A stretch of 64,000 nt of DNA from assembly GCA_052034135.1 (NCBI GenBank), contig JBPOJC010000039.1, positions 1,543 through 65,542 on the forward strand. Reading direction: 5' to 3'. The notes beneath the pieces were generated by a model that searched no databases, was not told where the DNA came from, and saw only the letters and a list, made by a program, of their open reading frames with translations. This document shows, piece by piece, positions 28,385 through 39,872 of this stretch; the stretch's first letter is position 1, and each line of letters begins with the position of its first letter. The DNA comes from Caldisericota bacterium (lineage in GTDB: Bacteria; Caldisericota; Caldisericia; UBA6126; JAGPKI01). Both the position numbers and the translations under genes were made by a program.

Positions 28385-30997
28385 ATGAAAAAATACACAG
28401 TCTTATTAACTCTAATTACGCTATTTTGTTTATATTTTTCGAATTTACCTCTAATTTGTTCTGAAAATCCATTAGATGCTGCCAGACTTGACCCATGGTT
28501 ATCCATGTATCATGATTGCAATTTGTCAGGTAAAACTAATACTTCCCTTAAATCACCACTAAAAGAAGGGGCAGGATATCCTATTAAAATAGAGAATGAG
28601 AATCAATTCACTGTTAGTAGTGGTTTCGCAATTTATAATAACATGATCTTTTTGCAATGCAATTCGAAAAAAGATGGTGAATTCTCGGAACTTCGAGTTT
28701 ATGATCTTAAAAACGCAGACTTATTATGGTCAACTAAAGTAAAGGGTCCTGATGTATCTTTAATGTGCCCTGTAATTATCCCAGACTTAAATACAGTCTT
28801 TGTTGCTGGAACTCTTGAACTTGAAGAAGAGTCAATTAGAAAAGATGGTACCTTTATATCAGCAATTGATATAAATAGTCATAACATCAAGTGGACTGCG
28901 TCTGTTCCTGGAACTATACAAGATGGCTTACAATACTCTCAGGAAGCAATTTATGTAAGAGGAATTTATATACAACACTCAACAAAAAACAATATTAAAT
29001 ACATTGACTCAAAAACTTCTGTCCTAACCAAAATCGATGCAAATAATGGTCAAATAGATTGGTCAAAGAAATTATCTTTTTCAACAACAAAAGGGTTTGG
29101 TATGGTATCTGCATCAGGTGATAAGCTAATTATTTCAGGTTGTTCTTATTTAAGTCGTAGAGAATCTGATAAGTCATGGAGTTGTTATTCACCGGTGATT
29201 ATACAATGTTTTGAAACATCCAAAGGTAATATATTATGGGAAAAAAATTACCCCGACTATAACAAGATTGGCAATATAAGCATAGATAATAATCAAGTTT
29301 ATTCACTATTGAATAAAGGTCATAACGATGAAACATACGAGGTGTCTTGCATTTCTCTTGATCTATCAACAGGAGAGCAAAAATGGGAATTCAAACAAAA
29401 AGGGTTTTACGGAGGTTTTATAACTCCCAAATTTAATGAAGAGTTCGTCTTTTTTGCAGCCAATTCTGGCTATGTTTTTGCGTTGAATAAAGAAAATGGA
29501 AAGCTTAAATGGTCACAGCAGATTAAGAATGAAGATTATTTTATTAATTTTCAATGCTCTGCAACTCTAGTAACAAATGAACACCTCTTTTTAGGTGGAA
29601 CACAAATTGTAGGAACTTACACAGGAGGAGCAATTATTTATGAATATCGCTCACTAATACTTATGCTAAATTTACAAAATGGAAGGGTTGAATGGAAAGA
29701 GATATTTGATAAAGATCATCCACATACAATTACTTCCGCAGTATATGGCAAGGGGTTGATCTTCCTAACACAAAGAAATGACCTTTATTATTATGAATCC
29801 CAAATGCCAGAGTTGGAAGTAAGCCCTACTGATATAGATTTGGGAGAATTAGAGCATGGAAGCAAAAAAATCATCAAGATATCAGTTAAGAATAAAGGCA
29901 AAAAAGGACTTAAAGGTAACATACAGGTTTCTGACCCTATCTGGATGAGCGTGGATAAAGATATCATTGATGATAATACGACTGACTTTAATCTTACAAT
30001 AAATACCGAGCCCTTAAAATTGGGTCCAATGAATGGAATAGTGAAAATAAATTCAAATGGTGGAAATAAAGCAATAAATGTAAAATTGGTTGTTGTAGAT
30101 AAAACCCCACCTGAAATATTGCTGAACACTGATGATTTGATTAAAATTGAAGAAAATTATTACACAAATAAATCGAAATATGAATTAAAAGGAACAACTG
30201 AACCCAAAGCATTGCTTTTAATAAATGAAAAAACCATTGAATTAAGCGAAAATGGGGAATTTAAATTCATTATTGAACTAAGTGAAGGAAAAAATGAAAT
30301 ATCGATTAAAGCAACTGATCAATCTGGAAATACAAATGAAATAATATTTACATTGTATCTTGATACCACTCCTCCAAATATTCAGATTAAAACTCAGAAT
30401 TATAAATTATGCTCCAAAGATTCTGAGTATATTTCAGGTGCTGTTGATGATTTAAAAGCCATATTAAAAATCAATGGAGAAAATGTAGAAATTTCACCTG
30501 ATGGTAGTTTTTCAAAATTGATCAAACTTAATCAAGGAATTAACGAAATTAATTTAACGTGTAGTGATCTTGTCGGAAATATTACGGAATTAAAACATTA
30601 TCTTGTATTTCCAGAAAAAAAGCTGATTATACTTTATATTGGCGAGAAAAGAGCAGAAGTTAATAATCAAACAGTTATATTGGATACTCCACCTATGATT
30701 ATAAAAGGTTCTACTATGGTGCCTCTCCGCTTTATCGGTGAAGCAATAGGCGCAGAACTTAATTATGATAATTCAGAACAAAAAATTACACTTAAATTAT
30801 ACAATAAGACAATAATTCTCTGGATAAATAAAACAACTGCTCTGATTAATAATGATCCTGTTTCACTAAATGTTCCTCCGATAATTGTTAATGGCAGAAC
30901 TCTCGTTCCTGTAAGGTTTGTCTCAGAAAATCTGGGTGCGAAAGTTGATTGGGATGGAAAATTGCAAAAAATTACTATAACTTTTCCTTCAGATTAA
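28385..30997 (+). CDS. Secreted PQQ-like beta-propeller repeat protein with Ig-like middle domains and C-terminal stalk repeats
   Basis: SD GGAGGTG precedes the second ATG (28385). Signal peptide. PQQ-like repeats (NGQIDWSKK, GEQKWEFKQ, NGKLKWSQQ, NGRVEWKEI). C-terminal '...GSTMVPLRFIGEAIGAELNYD...' and '...NGRTLVPVRFVSENLGAKVDWD...' repeats. Confidence 0.6.
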   Translation: MKKYTVLLTLITLFCLYFSNLPLICSENPLDAARLDPWLSMYHDCNLSGKTNTSLKSPLKEGAGYPIKIENENQFTVSSGFAIYNNMIFLQCNSKKDGEFSELRVYDLKNADLLWSTKVKGPDVSLMCPVIIPDLNTVFVAGTLELEEESIRKDGTFISAIDINSHNIKWTASVPGTIQDGLQYSQEAIYVRGIYIQHSTKNNIKYIDSKTSVLTKIDANNGQIDWSKKLSFSTTKGFGMVSASGDKLIISGCSYLSRRESDKSWSCYSPVIIQCFETSKGNILWEKNYPDYNKIGNISIDNNQVYSLLNKGHNDETYEVSCISLDLSTGEQKWEFKQKGFYGGFITPKFNEEFVFFAANSGYVFALNKENGKLKWSQQIKNEDYFINFQCSATLVTNEHLFLGGTQIVGTYTGGAIIYEYRSLILMLNLQNGRVEWKEIFDKDHPHTITSAVYGKGLIFLTQRNDLYYYESQMPELEVSPTDIDLGELEHGSKKIIKISVKNKGKKGLKGNIQVSDPIWMSVDKDIIDDNTTDFNLTINTEPLKLGPMNGIVKINSNGGNKAINVKLVVVDKTPPEILLNTDDLIKIEENYYTNKSKYELKGTTEPKALLLINEKTIELSENGEFKFIIELSEGKNEISIKATDQSGNTNEIIFTLYLDTTPPNIQIKTQNYKLCSKDSEYISGAVDDLKAILKINGENVEISPDGSFSKLIKLNQGINEINLTCSDLVGNITELKHYLVFPEKKLIILYIGEKRAEVNNQTVILDTPPMIIKGSTMVPLRFIGEAIGAELNYDNSEQKITLKLYNKTIILWINKTTALINNDPVSLNVPPIIVNGRTLVPVRFVSENLGAKVDWDGKLQKITITFPSD

Positions 30998-31086
30998 AAG
31001 TTCATAATCTAATCAAGCTTTGTAAGTAAGTTCCGAGCAATTTGCTAAAACAATTATCATCGATTCCAAAATATTCCGAGAGTAAA

Positions 31087-32652
31087 TCAACTTGCTCTTT
31101 CTGTGTTAGATCTCATTTTTCGTGAAAGTATAAATGAAAGAATAAGAGTAACTGCTAACATTGAAGTTGTAACAAAAATATTGGGCATTGAACTGCTTAA
31201 ATTTACTTCTATTGGACTTATCTCAAACCAGCCTACTATTGAAATATCATCAAAATAAATGATATTGCGATCTTCTGTAAGTATAAATTGATTTGTTAAA
31301 AGAGCTTTTTCGTCTGGTGACCAACTGTTCAATTTTAAACAATACATGGGTCTGTTAAGCCCAAAATATCCACTAATTGGTGGAAAATCCATTACAGTTA
31401 AACAAAACACTATTTCATTTGGTACACAAAAATACGTATTTTCTGCTGTAAATGCAAGTTTTTCTCCTGTCGGTGAGAGCAAGAGCTGAATTACACTACT
31501 TGCATATGGTTCTAAATTAGTTATAGAGCTGTCCTTTAAATTAAGGATATAAATATTCCGTTCAATATTTTTGCCATAGCCTTTATCACCACGGAATAAA
31601 ACTATTTCATCATTTGGATGTTTCTTTAAATAATATATACCTTTAAATTCAGTTTCGATTTCCAATGAATCATTATTATCAATATCAATTTTATAGAAGC
31701 TTAGATTACTACTTTTTGTGCCACAACATATAAATAGTATTTTATTTTCTGATAGCCAGCAAATATCAGGGATTGCCTTCTCTGAATCCTTGTATTTAAT
31801 CTCCTTTATCTTTTCTAATTCTTCCTTATTTTTAAGGGCAACATATACAGCATAATTATTGCCATTCTTACCAGTAAATAAAAGCTTGTCTTCATAAGGA
31901 GACCAGAGAAAAGATTTTACATTGAAGCCATCCATGCTTATCTTTTTTATATTTTTGCCTGTGCAATCAGTTAGATAGAGAGCTTTATTTCCTTCATTAT
32001 CTATGTTAAAAGCAATTAAGCTACTATCATTAGACCATTGATACCAAATAGGTTGTTTAGATACTATATCGATTTTTAAGCTTTTTCCTCCAAAGAATGG
32101 AATAAGATTTAAGTAATATTTCCCTTCTACTGAATCATCTGATCCAGTATACTCACAAACATATGCGAACTTATTACTATCAGGAGACCACTTTCCAGAA
32201 ACAATATTTAAATCTTCTTCCTTAGTCCAGGAATATGCTATTTCATTTTTTATAACATTTCTATCAGTTAGTAAATCAACAAATAAAAATAATTTTGAAT
32301 CTTCTTCTGCTCCGATAGAAAATTCTTTTGCATTACAAAGAAGCAAAATCTTTTTCATATCTGGTGATAGCCAGGCTTGTTCTACATCTACATTAGATTT
32401 AATACCTTGATATAAGTATTCATCATAAAACGATAACAACATAATAGTTTTTCCATTGTCTAATTCGGTTCCAATGTATATTTCATAAGCCTTCCCAATC
32501 TCGGGGTCTAATTTATAAAGTTTCCCATTCTGAATAAACAGAAGATAATATTTTTGAGGACTTTTAAGCAATTGCTTTGAAGCTGATGATACATTTGTAA
32601 CGCATAAAAAGACTAAAAATACAATAAAAAAGGCAATCATACTTCTCTTCAT
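31087..32652 (-). CDS. TolB-like / PD40 beta-propeller repeat protein with a C-terminal TM anchor
   Basis: Start chosen at MKRSMIAFF, preceded by AAGGAGGG. Repeated WSPD-type motifs (WSPDSNKFAYV, WSNDSSLIAFN, WSPYEDKLLFT, LSPTGEKLAFT, WSPDEKALL). Confidence 0.6.
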   Translation of the reverse strand: MKRSMIAFFIVFLVFLCVTNVSSASKQLLKSPQKYYLLFIQNGKLYKLDPEIGKAYEIYIGTELDNGKTIMLLSFYDEYLYQGIKSNVDVEQAWLSPDMKKILLLCNAKEFSIGAEEDSKLFLFVDLLTDRNVIKNEIAYSWTKEEDLNIVSGKWSPDSNKFAYVCEYTGSDDSVEGKYYLNLIPFFGGKSLKIDIVSKQPIWYQWSNDSSLIAFNIDNEGNKALYLTDCTGKNIKKISMDGFNVKSFLWSPYEDKLLFTGKNGNNYAVYVALKNKEELEKIKEIKYKDSEKAIPDICWLSENKILFICCGTKSSNLSFYKIDIDNNDSLEIETEFKGIYYLKKHPNDEIVLFRGDKGYGKNIERNIYILNLKDSSITNLEPYASSVIQLLLSPTGEKLAFTAENTYFCVPNEIVFCLTVMDFPPISGYFGLNRPMYCLKLNSWSPDEKALLTNQFILTEDRNIIYFDDISIVGWFEISPIEVNLSSSMPNIFVTTSMLAVTLILSFILSRKMRSNTERAS

Positions 32653-32809
32653 AATGCCCTCCTTTTGAACCAATCTCCTAATTAAATTCTAACTCATTTA
32701 AAACAAAAATAAATACCAGAAAAAAGTTATTGTCAGAACTTAAAGTAAATTAAAAAATGTGATAAAATCATTACAATTAATATTTTTCGTTAGGAGATGA
32801 CTAATTAAA

Positions 32810-34948
32810 ATGGTTAAGAAACTTATTGGATTAATTGTTTTAATTTCCATTCTTTTTGTTTCCACTCCAATATTTTCTATTAACTTTTTCCCAGAAAGCA
32901 AGATTCCATCAAAATCTAAAATTACTGGAATTTATAATGCAGGAAAAACAGCTCGCTTTGGGAACCTACAACTCACTGAGGATTCAATTTATAAGAACAG
33001 ATTTCTTTACTTACCTAATTTTGAAGATTCTATAGCGTCATTCGATTTGATAACTAATAAATTTAAAATAGAACTAAAAGACATAATAAGCGAAACTCCA
33101 TGCATAATATCTGGAAATTATCTATATGTAAGTGTTCCAGATTCTTCTTTTCGTTGTATAAACCTTAAAACAAAGACTGTGGTGTGGACTTTTGATAACG
33201 ATAAAGAAAGCATCTGGGTGATCCCAGTAATTTATGATGATTATATTGTTTTATGTACTGAAAATAAAATATTTCTCCTAAATAAGAAGAGCGGAAGGCA
33301 AATATGGAAGTTTAGCGGAAAAACCTCACATAAACCTGTTATTAAAGATGATACAATATTTGTAGAAATTAACGAAATACTAAATGCTATTGATTTAAAG
33401 ACGGGGGAAATCAAATGGAAATACAAAACATCCTGTAAGGTTAATACACCACCTCTAATTTACAATAATCAGTTAGTTCTTTTTTGTAACAATGGAAAAA
33501 TAGAGATACTCGATATTGCTACAGGTGAAAATATCAAAAAAATAAAAGTTATTAATGCTGATTTTTCAAATTGGGATGAGCCTCCTGCTGTATTAGACGG
33601 AAATATAATTTACTTCACAGATGTATATGGTAATCTTTATTCTCTTGAATATTTTAGTGAAAAAGTCTCATTGCTTTATGAGGCAACTTTTTTTAGTAAT
33701 CTTGATAGAATTTCATATAAACCAAAAATAGTAGAGAATAAACTATATCATAAAGATGGAGAAAATTTAATTGAGTTTGATATAGATACTTCTACTATAA
33801 ATTGGAAATGCAATATTACTTCTCACTCGTTTCAATCACCACTCTTTTTAATGAAGAATGAAATTTTTTTATTTTGCGAAGAATCTCTTGATGATCTTAT
33901 CCTCTTTTCTGTTAAGTTTGAGAAAAGCGATGAAAAATGGGCAAAAAAAATAAGCGGCAATCTATTTTGCTCACCAAAAATCTGGAAGGATAGATTATAC
34001 ATAATTAGAACATCTAATATTTTGGAATGTTATAAAAAAGAGGATGGAGATATTTTGTGGAGCATTAAGATTCCCTCAGGAGAGGAAAAACTTCTAAATA
34101 TTGATTCTGACAGAATATTCATTGGAGACTATAAAAATATTTATGTATATGACTGTTCGAACGGAAAGCAAATAAAAGAAATTAAATTAAACGAAGACAA
34201 TGAATTTAAATATAAATCTTACAGTGTTAAAGGCAATAGCATTTACCTTATTACAGGAGATTATCTAAAATGCTATAACATTCAAAAAGAGCAAATGATT
34301 TGGGAAACTTTTATTTTCTCATATCCAGAATTCCCGCTTGTACAATATATAGACGACTTATTATATGTTTCTTACATGGATTTCATGAATATTATATATT
34401 ATCTTCGCTGTATCAACCCAGAAAACGGTAATAAACTATGGGAAATTTGTTCAGATGATTATTTTGAACAATTAACGATTAGAGATAACATTCTTTTCTA
34501 CTATGAAGAAAACTCAGTAAAAGCAATAAATACCTATGATGGGAAGCAACTCTGGGAAAAAAATATTCCTGCATTTGATAAGAACATTAAAATCACTTTA
34601 GATAATAATAACTTATATATATGCTTGTCCTCCCTTACAAAAAATATTTCTTCTTATATGCTCGAGATAATTTCGTTATCAGCGGAAGATGGGAAAGAGC
34701 TCTGGATTGAAACACTGATTCATTCTTATGGATATGGTTACAAATCTCAACTAACTAACGTTAAATTTAGTAATGATAATATAGTATTGTGTCTAAACTC
34801 GAGGTCTTTGTTGACCTTTAACACTAAAAGCAAGAAATTTCTTTGGGTTTATTATCCAGAAAGCATAATTAACGAATATTTTCAAGTAGACGATAATACT
34901 TTATATATTTGTACGCGTGAAGGATTTACGTATGCAATAGCTATTTAA
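32810..34948 (+). CDS. Secreted PQQ-like (BamB-type) beta-propeller repeat protein
   Basis: Signal peptide. Many 'xTGExxWKY / xSGRQIWKF / ENGNKLWEI / DGKQLWEK / DGKELWIE' repeats typical of PQQ-like propellers. It is a paralog of the N-terminal part of 28385..30997. Confidence 0.6.
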   Translation: MVKKLIGLIVLISILFVSTPIFSINFFPESKIPSKSKITGIYNAGKTARFGNLQLTEDSIYKNRFLYLPNFEDSIASFDLITNKFKIELKDIISETPCIISGNYLYVSVPDSSFRCINLKTKTVVWTFDNDKESIWVIPVIYDDYIVLCTENKIFLLNKKSGRQIWKFSGKTSHKPVIKDDTIFVEINEILNAIDLKTGEIKWKYKTSCKVNTPPLIYNNQLVLFCNNGKIEILDIATGENIKKIKVINADFSNWDEPPAVLDGNIIYFTDVYGNLYSLEYFSEKVSLLYEATFFSNLDRISYKPKIVENKLYHKDGENLIEFDIDTSTINWKCNITSHSFQSPLFLMKNEIFLFCEESLDDLILFSVKFEKSDEKWAKKISGNLFCSPKIWKDRLYIIRTSNILECYKKEDGDILWSIKIPSGEEKLLNIDSDRIFIGDYKNIYVYDCSNGKQIKEIKLNEDNEFKYKSYSVKGNSIYLITGDYLKCYNIQKEQMIWETFIFSYPEFPLVQYIDDLLYVSYMDFMNIIYYLRCINPENGNKLWEICSDDYFEQLTIRDNILFYYEENSVKAINTYDGKQLWEKNIPAFDKNIKITLDNNNLYICLSSLTKNISSYMLEIISLSAEDGKELWIETLIHSYGYGYKSQLTNVKFSNDNIVLCLNSRSLLTFNTKSKKFLWVYYPESIINEYFQVDDNTLYICTREGFTYAIAI

Positions 34949-34999
34949 TTGTGTTGTATAAATGCAAGAATTATTCTTATTTTATATAACAACCTAACC

Positions 35000-35740
35000 T
35001 TAAGTTCTGATTTTGTTCAGCAATTCCTTTGCGTTTTTTATGGCATAACCGCCAAAATCATTGTTAAAATAGCAATAAACATCGATTCCTTGCGAAAGCC
35101 AGCTATTAATCCTATCAGCCCATACATTTAGCTCTTTATCTGAATAATCTGACCCATATAGCACTTTTCCACCATGCATTCTTATGTATGCAAAACTTCC
35201 AGTAATTTTTAGACTCAATGGCCATCTGGGCGAATCTACAGAGCAAATGGTAATATTACTATAATTTTTCAAAAAATTATAAACTTCTTCATCAAACCAG
35301 CTTTCATTTCTGAACTCAAAAGCATAAAGATGGTTACCATCCAATTCAGAAAGCATCTCCACAAAATTCCCAAATAAAGGTAAATCTACCTTCAGTGAAG
35401 GAGGAAGTTGAAAAAGAAATGGACCAAGCTTATCGTTAAGATTTTTTGATCTCTCAAGAAACGTATTCCACTCATCATTACAATCCTTTAGCTTCTTTAT
35501 ATGCGTTATATATCGTGAGACTTTAACAGAAAAAATAAAACCTTCATTAACTCTTTTTGCCCAGTTTGAGAATACATCTGGCTTAGGCAATCTGTAAAAA
35601 GGACTGTTGAGCTCTACAGTATTGAAACATTCTGAGTAGTATTCGAGTTGTTTTGATCTTGGAAGATCGAATGGATAAAATACTCCTTTCTCCCAATGTT
35701 GATAAGAAAAGCCAGATGTTCCAATATAAATTTTAGTCAT
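35000..35740 (-). CDS. DUF72 (YecE-like) family protein
   Basis: KIYIGTSGFSYQHWEKGVFYP N-terminal signature of DUF72. Confidence 0.8.
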   Translation of the reverse strand: MTKIYIGTSGFSYQHWEKGVFYPFDLPRSKQLEYYSECFNTVELNSPFYRLPKPDVFSNWAKRVNEGFIFSVKVSRYITHIKKLKDCNDEWNTFLERSKNLNDKLGPFLFQLPPSLKVDLPLFGNFVEMLSELDGNHLYAFEFRNESWFDEEVYNFLKNYSNITICSVDSPRWPLSLKITGSFAYIRMHGGKVLYGSDYSDKELNVWADRINSWLSQGIDVYCYFNNDFGGYAIKNAKELLNKIRT

Positions 35741-35845
35741 CGTTATAATTTATTTAGTATATTTTTGTACCTCTTCAATTTTATTCTAAAAATCAATTTA
35801 CAGATATAATTGCTAAAAATAATAAAAGAGATTTAATGGCAATAA

Positions 35846-37303
35846 CTAATCTTTTAGTAGTTCTTTTGGAGTAATATTCCGTTTACCACCTGGCAAAAGA
35901 AATGTTGATAGAAACAAAGTTATAATAGAAATTAATATGCAGGCAAAAACTACATCAAAATTGAACGGATATCTGCCACTACAAATGTAAAAACCATACC
36001 ATATTCCAGCAATTATAAAAGCAGAAACAATAGAAATTATTGCGGACTTAGAAGATGGTTTAGCCCAATAAATTCCACAAGCCAATATGATGAACGCTGA
36101 ACTTCTCATTGCGTAATTAAGGTAGGTTGCTATTGGAAGCTCTTTTGTTATTAATGCCATTATTATACTTATAATTCCAGCAACTAATATACCAATACGT
36201 GTTATAAAAGCTATTTTTTTATCAGAAATATTTTTGTCACCTCTTTGATAGATATCTTTTGTAAACATTGTAGCCATTCCCAGAAGTATAAGTGCCTCAG
36301 TAGAAGCAATAGCTGCAAACACCCCAGCCATTGCAAAACCTCCTATTAAAGAATTTGGAATTTTCATTAGAGCTAATGGTAAAGCAAGCCTTGTATCCGA
36401 AGATGCATATCCACCGTTTAAAGCTACGCCAGCCATAACTATACTTGTAACAAGTAATCCAAGTGGTGCTACAACAATGGGAGCTATAAGAGACGCTTTT
36501 TTAGCAGTTTTGGTATCTTTTGCAGCAAAGATTGGTTGAACGCTTGCTTGTGCAGCAAAAGCCCCAGCAATACCTCCGACAATCCAGGCTAAAACCTGCT
36601 CTGTTCCCATACCGAATAGATTCAAAGCATTTGCGCTCGTTAACTCAAGAGCTTCTGTATTAGATAATGCATCAAGCTTAGCTATTAGACCAGGATACCA
36701 TGCTACTTCATTCATATACCAAAAGTAAGCAATTCCAAGAGATGACAATATGACTACTACATGGATGAAATTAGTTAATGCAACGCCAAACATCCCTCCT
36801 GCTAATGTGTAAATCGTGATACCTAAGCCTGCAATAATTATAGCAATATTAATATTCATACTTAATGCCCCAGAAAAGAGTGATCCAATCGAAGATATTT
36901 GAACACTTGATAAAAATAGATATGCAACTATAAAGAAAACTGCTGAAATTAACCTCAAATCTTTATTATAGAGCTTCTCGAGCATTTCAGGTATGGTTAC
37001 AATTTTCTTCCGTCTATAAAGAGTAGCCCATGTTAAGCCAAAAATAAATACACCAATAGAAGTTGAAATGTTATACCAAATTGGGCTTATACCATATTTA
37101 TAAGCCCATTGTCCAACTGCTACTGTGCTTGTGCCTCCAAGCCATTCACCAGCTATTGCGAATATTGTTAGAGAAAGTCCTAAATTTCTACCTGCGACAA
37201 GGAGATCAAACGAATTTTTAACGAATTTTTTCGCAAATATTCCAACTAAGACAATTATAAGAAAATAAATCATAATGATGAAAAACTGCGTACTTAATAT
37301 CAT
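35846..37303 (-). CDS. Sodium:solute symporter family (SSF) transporter
   Basis: 485 aa, about 13 TM segments, and an SSF N-terminal pattern (LLVAGRNLG...AGEWLGGTSTVAV). Confidence 0.8.
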   Translation of the reverse strand: MILSTQFFIIMIYFLIIVLVGIFAKKFVKNSFDLLVAGRNLGLSLTIFAIAGEWLGGTSTVAVGQWAYKYGISPIWYNISTSIGVFIFGLTWATLYRRKKIVTIPEMLEKLYNKDLRLISAVFFIVAYLFLSSVQISSIGSLFSGALSMNINIAIIIAGLGITIYTLAGGMFGVALTNFIHVVVILSSLGIAYFWYMNEVAWYPGLIAKLDALSNTEALELTSANALNLFGMGTEQVLAWIVGGIAGAFAAQASVQPIFAAKDTKTAKKASLIAPIVVAPLGLLVTSIVMAGVALNGGYASSDTRLALPLALMKIPNSLIGGFAMAGVFAAIASTEALILLGMATMFTKDIYQRGDKNISDKKIAFITRIGILVAGIISIIMALITKELPIATYLNYAMRSSAFIILACGIYWAKPSSKSAIISIVSAFIIAGIWYGFYICSGRYPFNFDVVFACILISIITLFLSTFLLPGGKRNITPKELLKD

Positions 37304-37395
37304 TATCCTTAAACACTACTCCTTTCTTATTTAAACCCCTCATCCAATACAGCACATTTCAAAAAATAAATTAAACCTTCTGCTAAAAATGTATT

Positions 37396-39813
37396 TTAAT
37401 CTACCACAATATTCAAAAGCTTATTCTTTATATAAATAACCTTCTTTATGTTTTTACCTTCAATGTAAATTTTAACTTTATCATCTATTAAAGCTAAATT
37501 TTTTATCTCTTCCTCGTTTATTTCCTCGCTAACGAAAAGTTTACTTCTTAATTTACCATTCACTTGAATGGGTATCTCAAGAATTTTATCTTTTGCAAGA
37601 TCGTCTACATACTCTGGCCACTTTTCCTTAAAAATTGAGCAATTATGACCAAGGAGACTCCATAATTCTTCACTAATATGAGGGGCAAATGGAGCAAGAA
37701 GAAGAGTTAAATTTTCTAAAGTAACTTTTGGTCTTTTAGGAAGTTTTAAAAGATTATTCACATATATCATCAATGCTGAAATAGCCGTATTAAAACCAAA
37801 ATTCTCAATATCAAAAGACACTTTTTTTATAGTCTTATGCATTATACGAAGCGTATCCTCATCTGGAGATTCATTATTGATTTCTGTTTCATCGAATAAG
37901 CTCCATACCTTATTTATGAACCTTCTTATTCCTTCAACACCTTCGGTGCTCCACATCGTATCCTGATCAAACGGACCCATAAACATTTCATATATTCTTA
38001 TTACATCTGCTCCGTATTGATCTATCACATCATCAGGGTTTATAACATTTCCAAGGGATTTGGACATTTTCCTCCCATCTTCAGCTAAGACTAACCCCTG
38101 GTTTCTAAGCTTTAAAAATGGTTCAGGAGTATTAACTACACCAATATCAAATAGAAATTTGTGCCAGAATCTTGCATAAAGTAAGTGCAAAACAGCATGT
38201 TCAGCACCACCAATATAAAGGTCCACTGGAAGCCAATAATTTATTTTATCTTTATTAGCTAATTCGCTATCATTATGTGGATCAACATACCTGATATAAT
38301 ACCAGCAAGAACCAGCCCATTGAGGCATTGTATTGGTCTCTCTTTTTGCTTTACCGCCACATTTAGGACAATTAACAGTTACCCAATCTTCAATCAATGC
38401 AAGAGGAGACTCTCCTGTTCCACTTGTTTCATAATAAGGCACATCTGGAAGAGTTAAAGGTAATTGATCATAAGGAAGTGGTACTGCCCCACATTTCTCG
38501 CAGTGTACTATAGGGATTGGCTCTCCCCAGAATCGTTGCCTCGAAAAGACCCAATCTCTCAGTTTGTATTTTACAACTTTTTTCCCAGCTCCCATATTTT
38601 CAAGATATTCTGTAATTGCTTTTCTTGCTTCAATTGAATTCATGCCATTGAACTGAGAAGAATTTATCATAACTCCCTCATTCTCATAGGCTTCATTGAG
38701 TAAATTTTCTTCCAGCTCAGGTTTTATCACTTGAACTATTGGTAAGTTGTACTTTACTGCAAATTCAAAATCTCTTTGATCATGGGCAGGAACTGCCATA
38801 ATAGCCCCAGTTCCATAAGTTAATAGCACATAATCAGCTACATATATTGGTAGAATCTGGCCATTTACTGGATTAATTGCAAATAGATTCGTAAAAATAC
38901 CTTCTTTCTCCTTTATTAAAGATGTTCTTTCAAGGTCACTTTTTGATTTTATTCTGTTTCTATACTCCTCTAAATTCTCCCTTTCAGTTCCTGTTAAAAG
39001 TTCCGATAGTATAGGATGCTCTGGAGCAAGAACCAAATAAGTCGCACCAAAAATGGTGTCTGGTCTTGTTGTAAATACTTTAATAACTTTATCAGCGTCC
39101 TTTATTTTAAAATTTATTTCAACCCCCTCTGATTTACCAATCCAATTTTTTTGCATAGTTACTATCTTTTCCGGCCAATCAAGAAGGTCTAAATCTTTAA
39201 GCAATCTATCAGCATAAGCAGTTATTTTTAGCATCCATTGACGCATATTCCTTCGCTCTATTTTAGCTCCACATCTTTCACAGATTCCCTGAATAACCTC
39301 TTCGTTTGCAAGGCCAGTCTTACAGGCTGGACACCAATTAATTGGAACATCTGCCTCATAAGCAAGACCATTTTCGTACATTTTTAAGAATATCCACTGG
39401 GTCCACTTATAATAAGATGGATCCGAGGTGTTAATTTCTCTACTCCAATCATAAGAAAACCCAAATCTTTTTATTTGTCGCTTAAAATTAACAATATTTT
39501 TGGCTGTTGCAATTTTAGGGTGAATTTTCATTTTTAAAGCATAATTTTCAGTTGGAAGACCAAAAGCATCCCATCCCATAGGGTGAAGAACATTTAAGCC
39601 TTCCATCATTCTCTTCCTTGCAATTATGTCGCTTGCAGTGTAACCTTCAGGATGTCCAACATGCAACCCTTCTGCAGAGGGATATGGAAACATATCAAGA
39701 ATATAAAACTTCTTTTTGCTGTTATCTTCTTTTACTTCATACAAACTTTCCTCTTCCCAGATTTTTTGCCATTTCTCTTCAATTTTCTTAAAGTCATAAA
39801 TATCTTTTCTCAT
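37396..39813 (-). CDS. leuS: Leucine--tRNA ligase
   Basis: HVGHPEGY (HIGH) and KMSKSLGN motifs; editing and Zn-binding CxxC segments; 805 aa. Confidence 0.95.
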   Translation of the reverse strand: MRKDIYDFKKIEEKWQKIWEEESLYEVKEDNSKKKFYILDMFPYPSAEGLHVGHPEGYTASDIIARKRMMEGLNVLHPMGWDAFGLPTENYALKMKIHPKIATAKNIVNFKRQIKRFGFSYDWSREINTSDPSYYKWTQWIFLKMYENGLAYEADVPINWCPACKTGLANEEVIQGICERCGAKIERRNMRQWMLKITAYADRLLKDLDLLDWPEKIVTMQKNWIGKSEGVEINFKIKDADKVIKVFTTRPDTIFGATYLVLAPEHPILSELLTGTERENLEEYRNRIKSKSDLERTSLIKEKEGIFTNLFAINPVNGQILPIYVADYVLLTYGTGAIMAVPAHDQRDFEFAVKYNLPIVQVIKPELEENLLNEAYENEGVMINSSQFNGMNSIEARKAITEYLENMGAGKKVVKYKLRDWVFSRQRFWGEPIPIVHCEKCGAVPLPYDQLPLTLPDVPYYETSGTGESPLALIEDWVTVNCPKCGGKAKRETNTMPQWAGSCWYYIRYVDPHNDSELANKDKINYWLPVDLYIGGAEHAVLHLLYARFWHKFLFDIGVVNTPEPFLKLRNQGLVLAEDGRKMSKSLGNVINPDDVIDQYGADVIRIYEMFMGPFDQDTMWSTEGVEGIRRFINKVWSLFDETEINNESPDEDTLRIMHKTIKKVSFDIENFGFNTAISALMIYVNNLLKLPKRPKVTLENLTLLLAPFAPHISEELWSLLGHNCSIFKEKWPEYVDDLAKDKILEIPIQVNGKLRSKLFVSEEINEEEIKNLALIDDKVKIYIEGKNIKKVIYIKNKLLNIVVD

Positions 39814-39872
39814 TTTTTTACCTTAAACCCCTTTACATAGGAAAGTTTTTTCGTTAGATTATAAGCTAAAAT

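Noticed and set aside
34949-34999. A/T-rich imperfect inverted repeat between convergent genes 32810..34948 and 35000..35740 as a terminator
   Set aside because: The stem halves do not pair cleanly (GTTGTATAAA vs TTATATAACAAC), and there is no GC-rich stem. It is indistinguishable from background AT-rich sequence.
39814-39872. T-box leader upstream of leuS
   Set aside because: Only 59 bp separate leuS from the divergent PEGA gene. That is too short for a T-box (about 200-300 nt), and no specifier/T-box consensus is visible.
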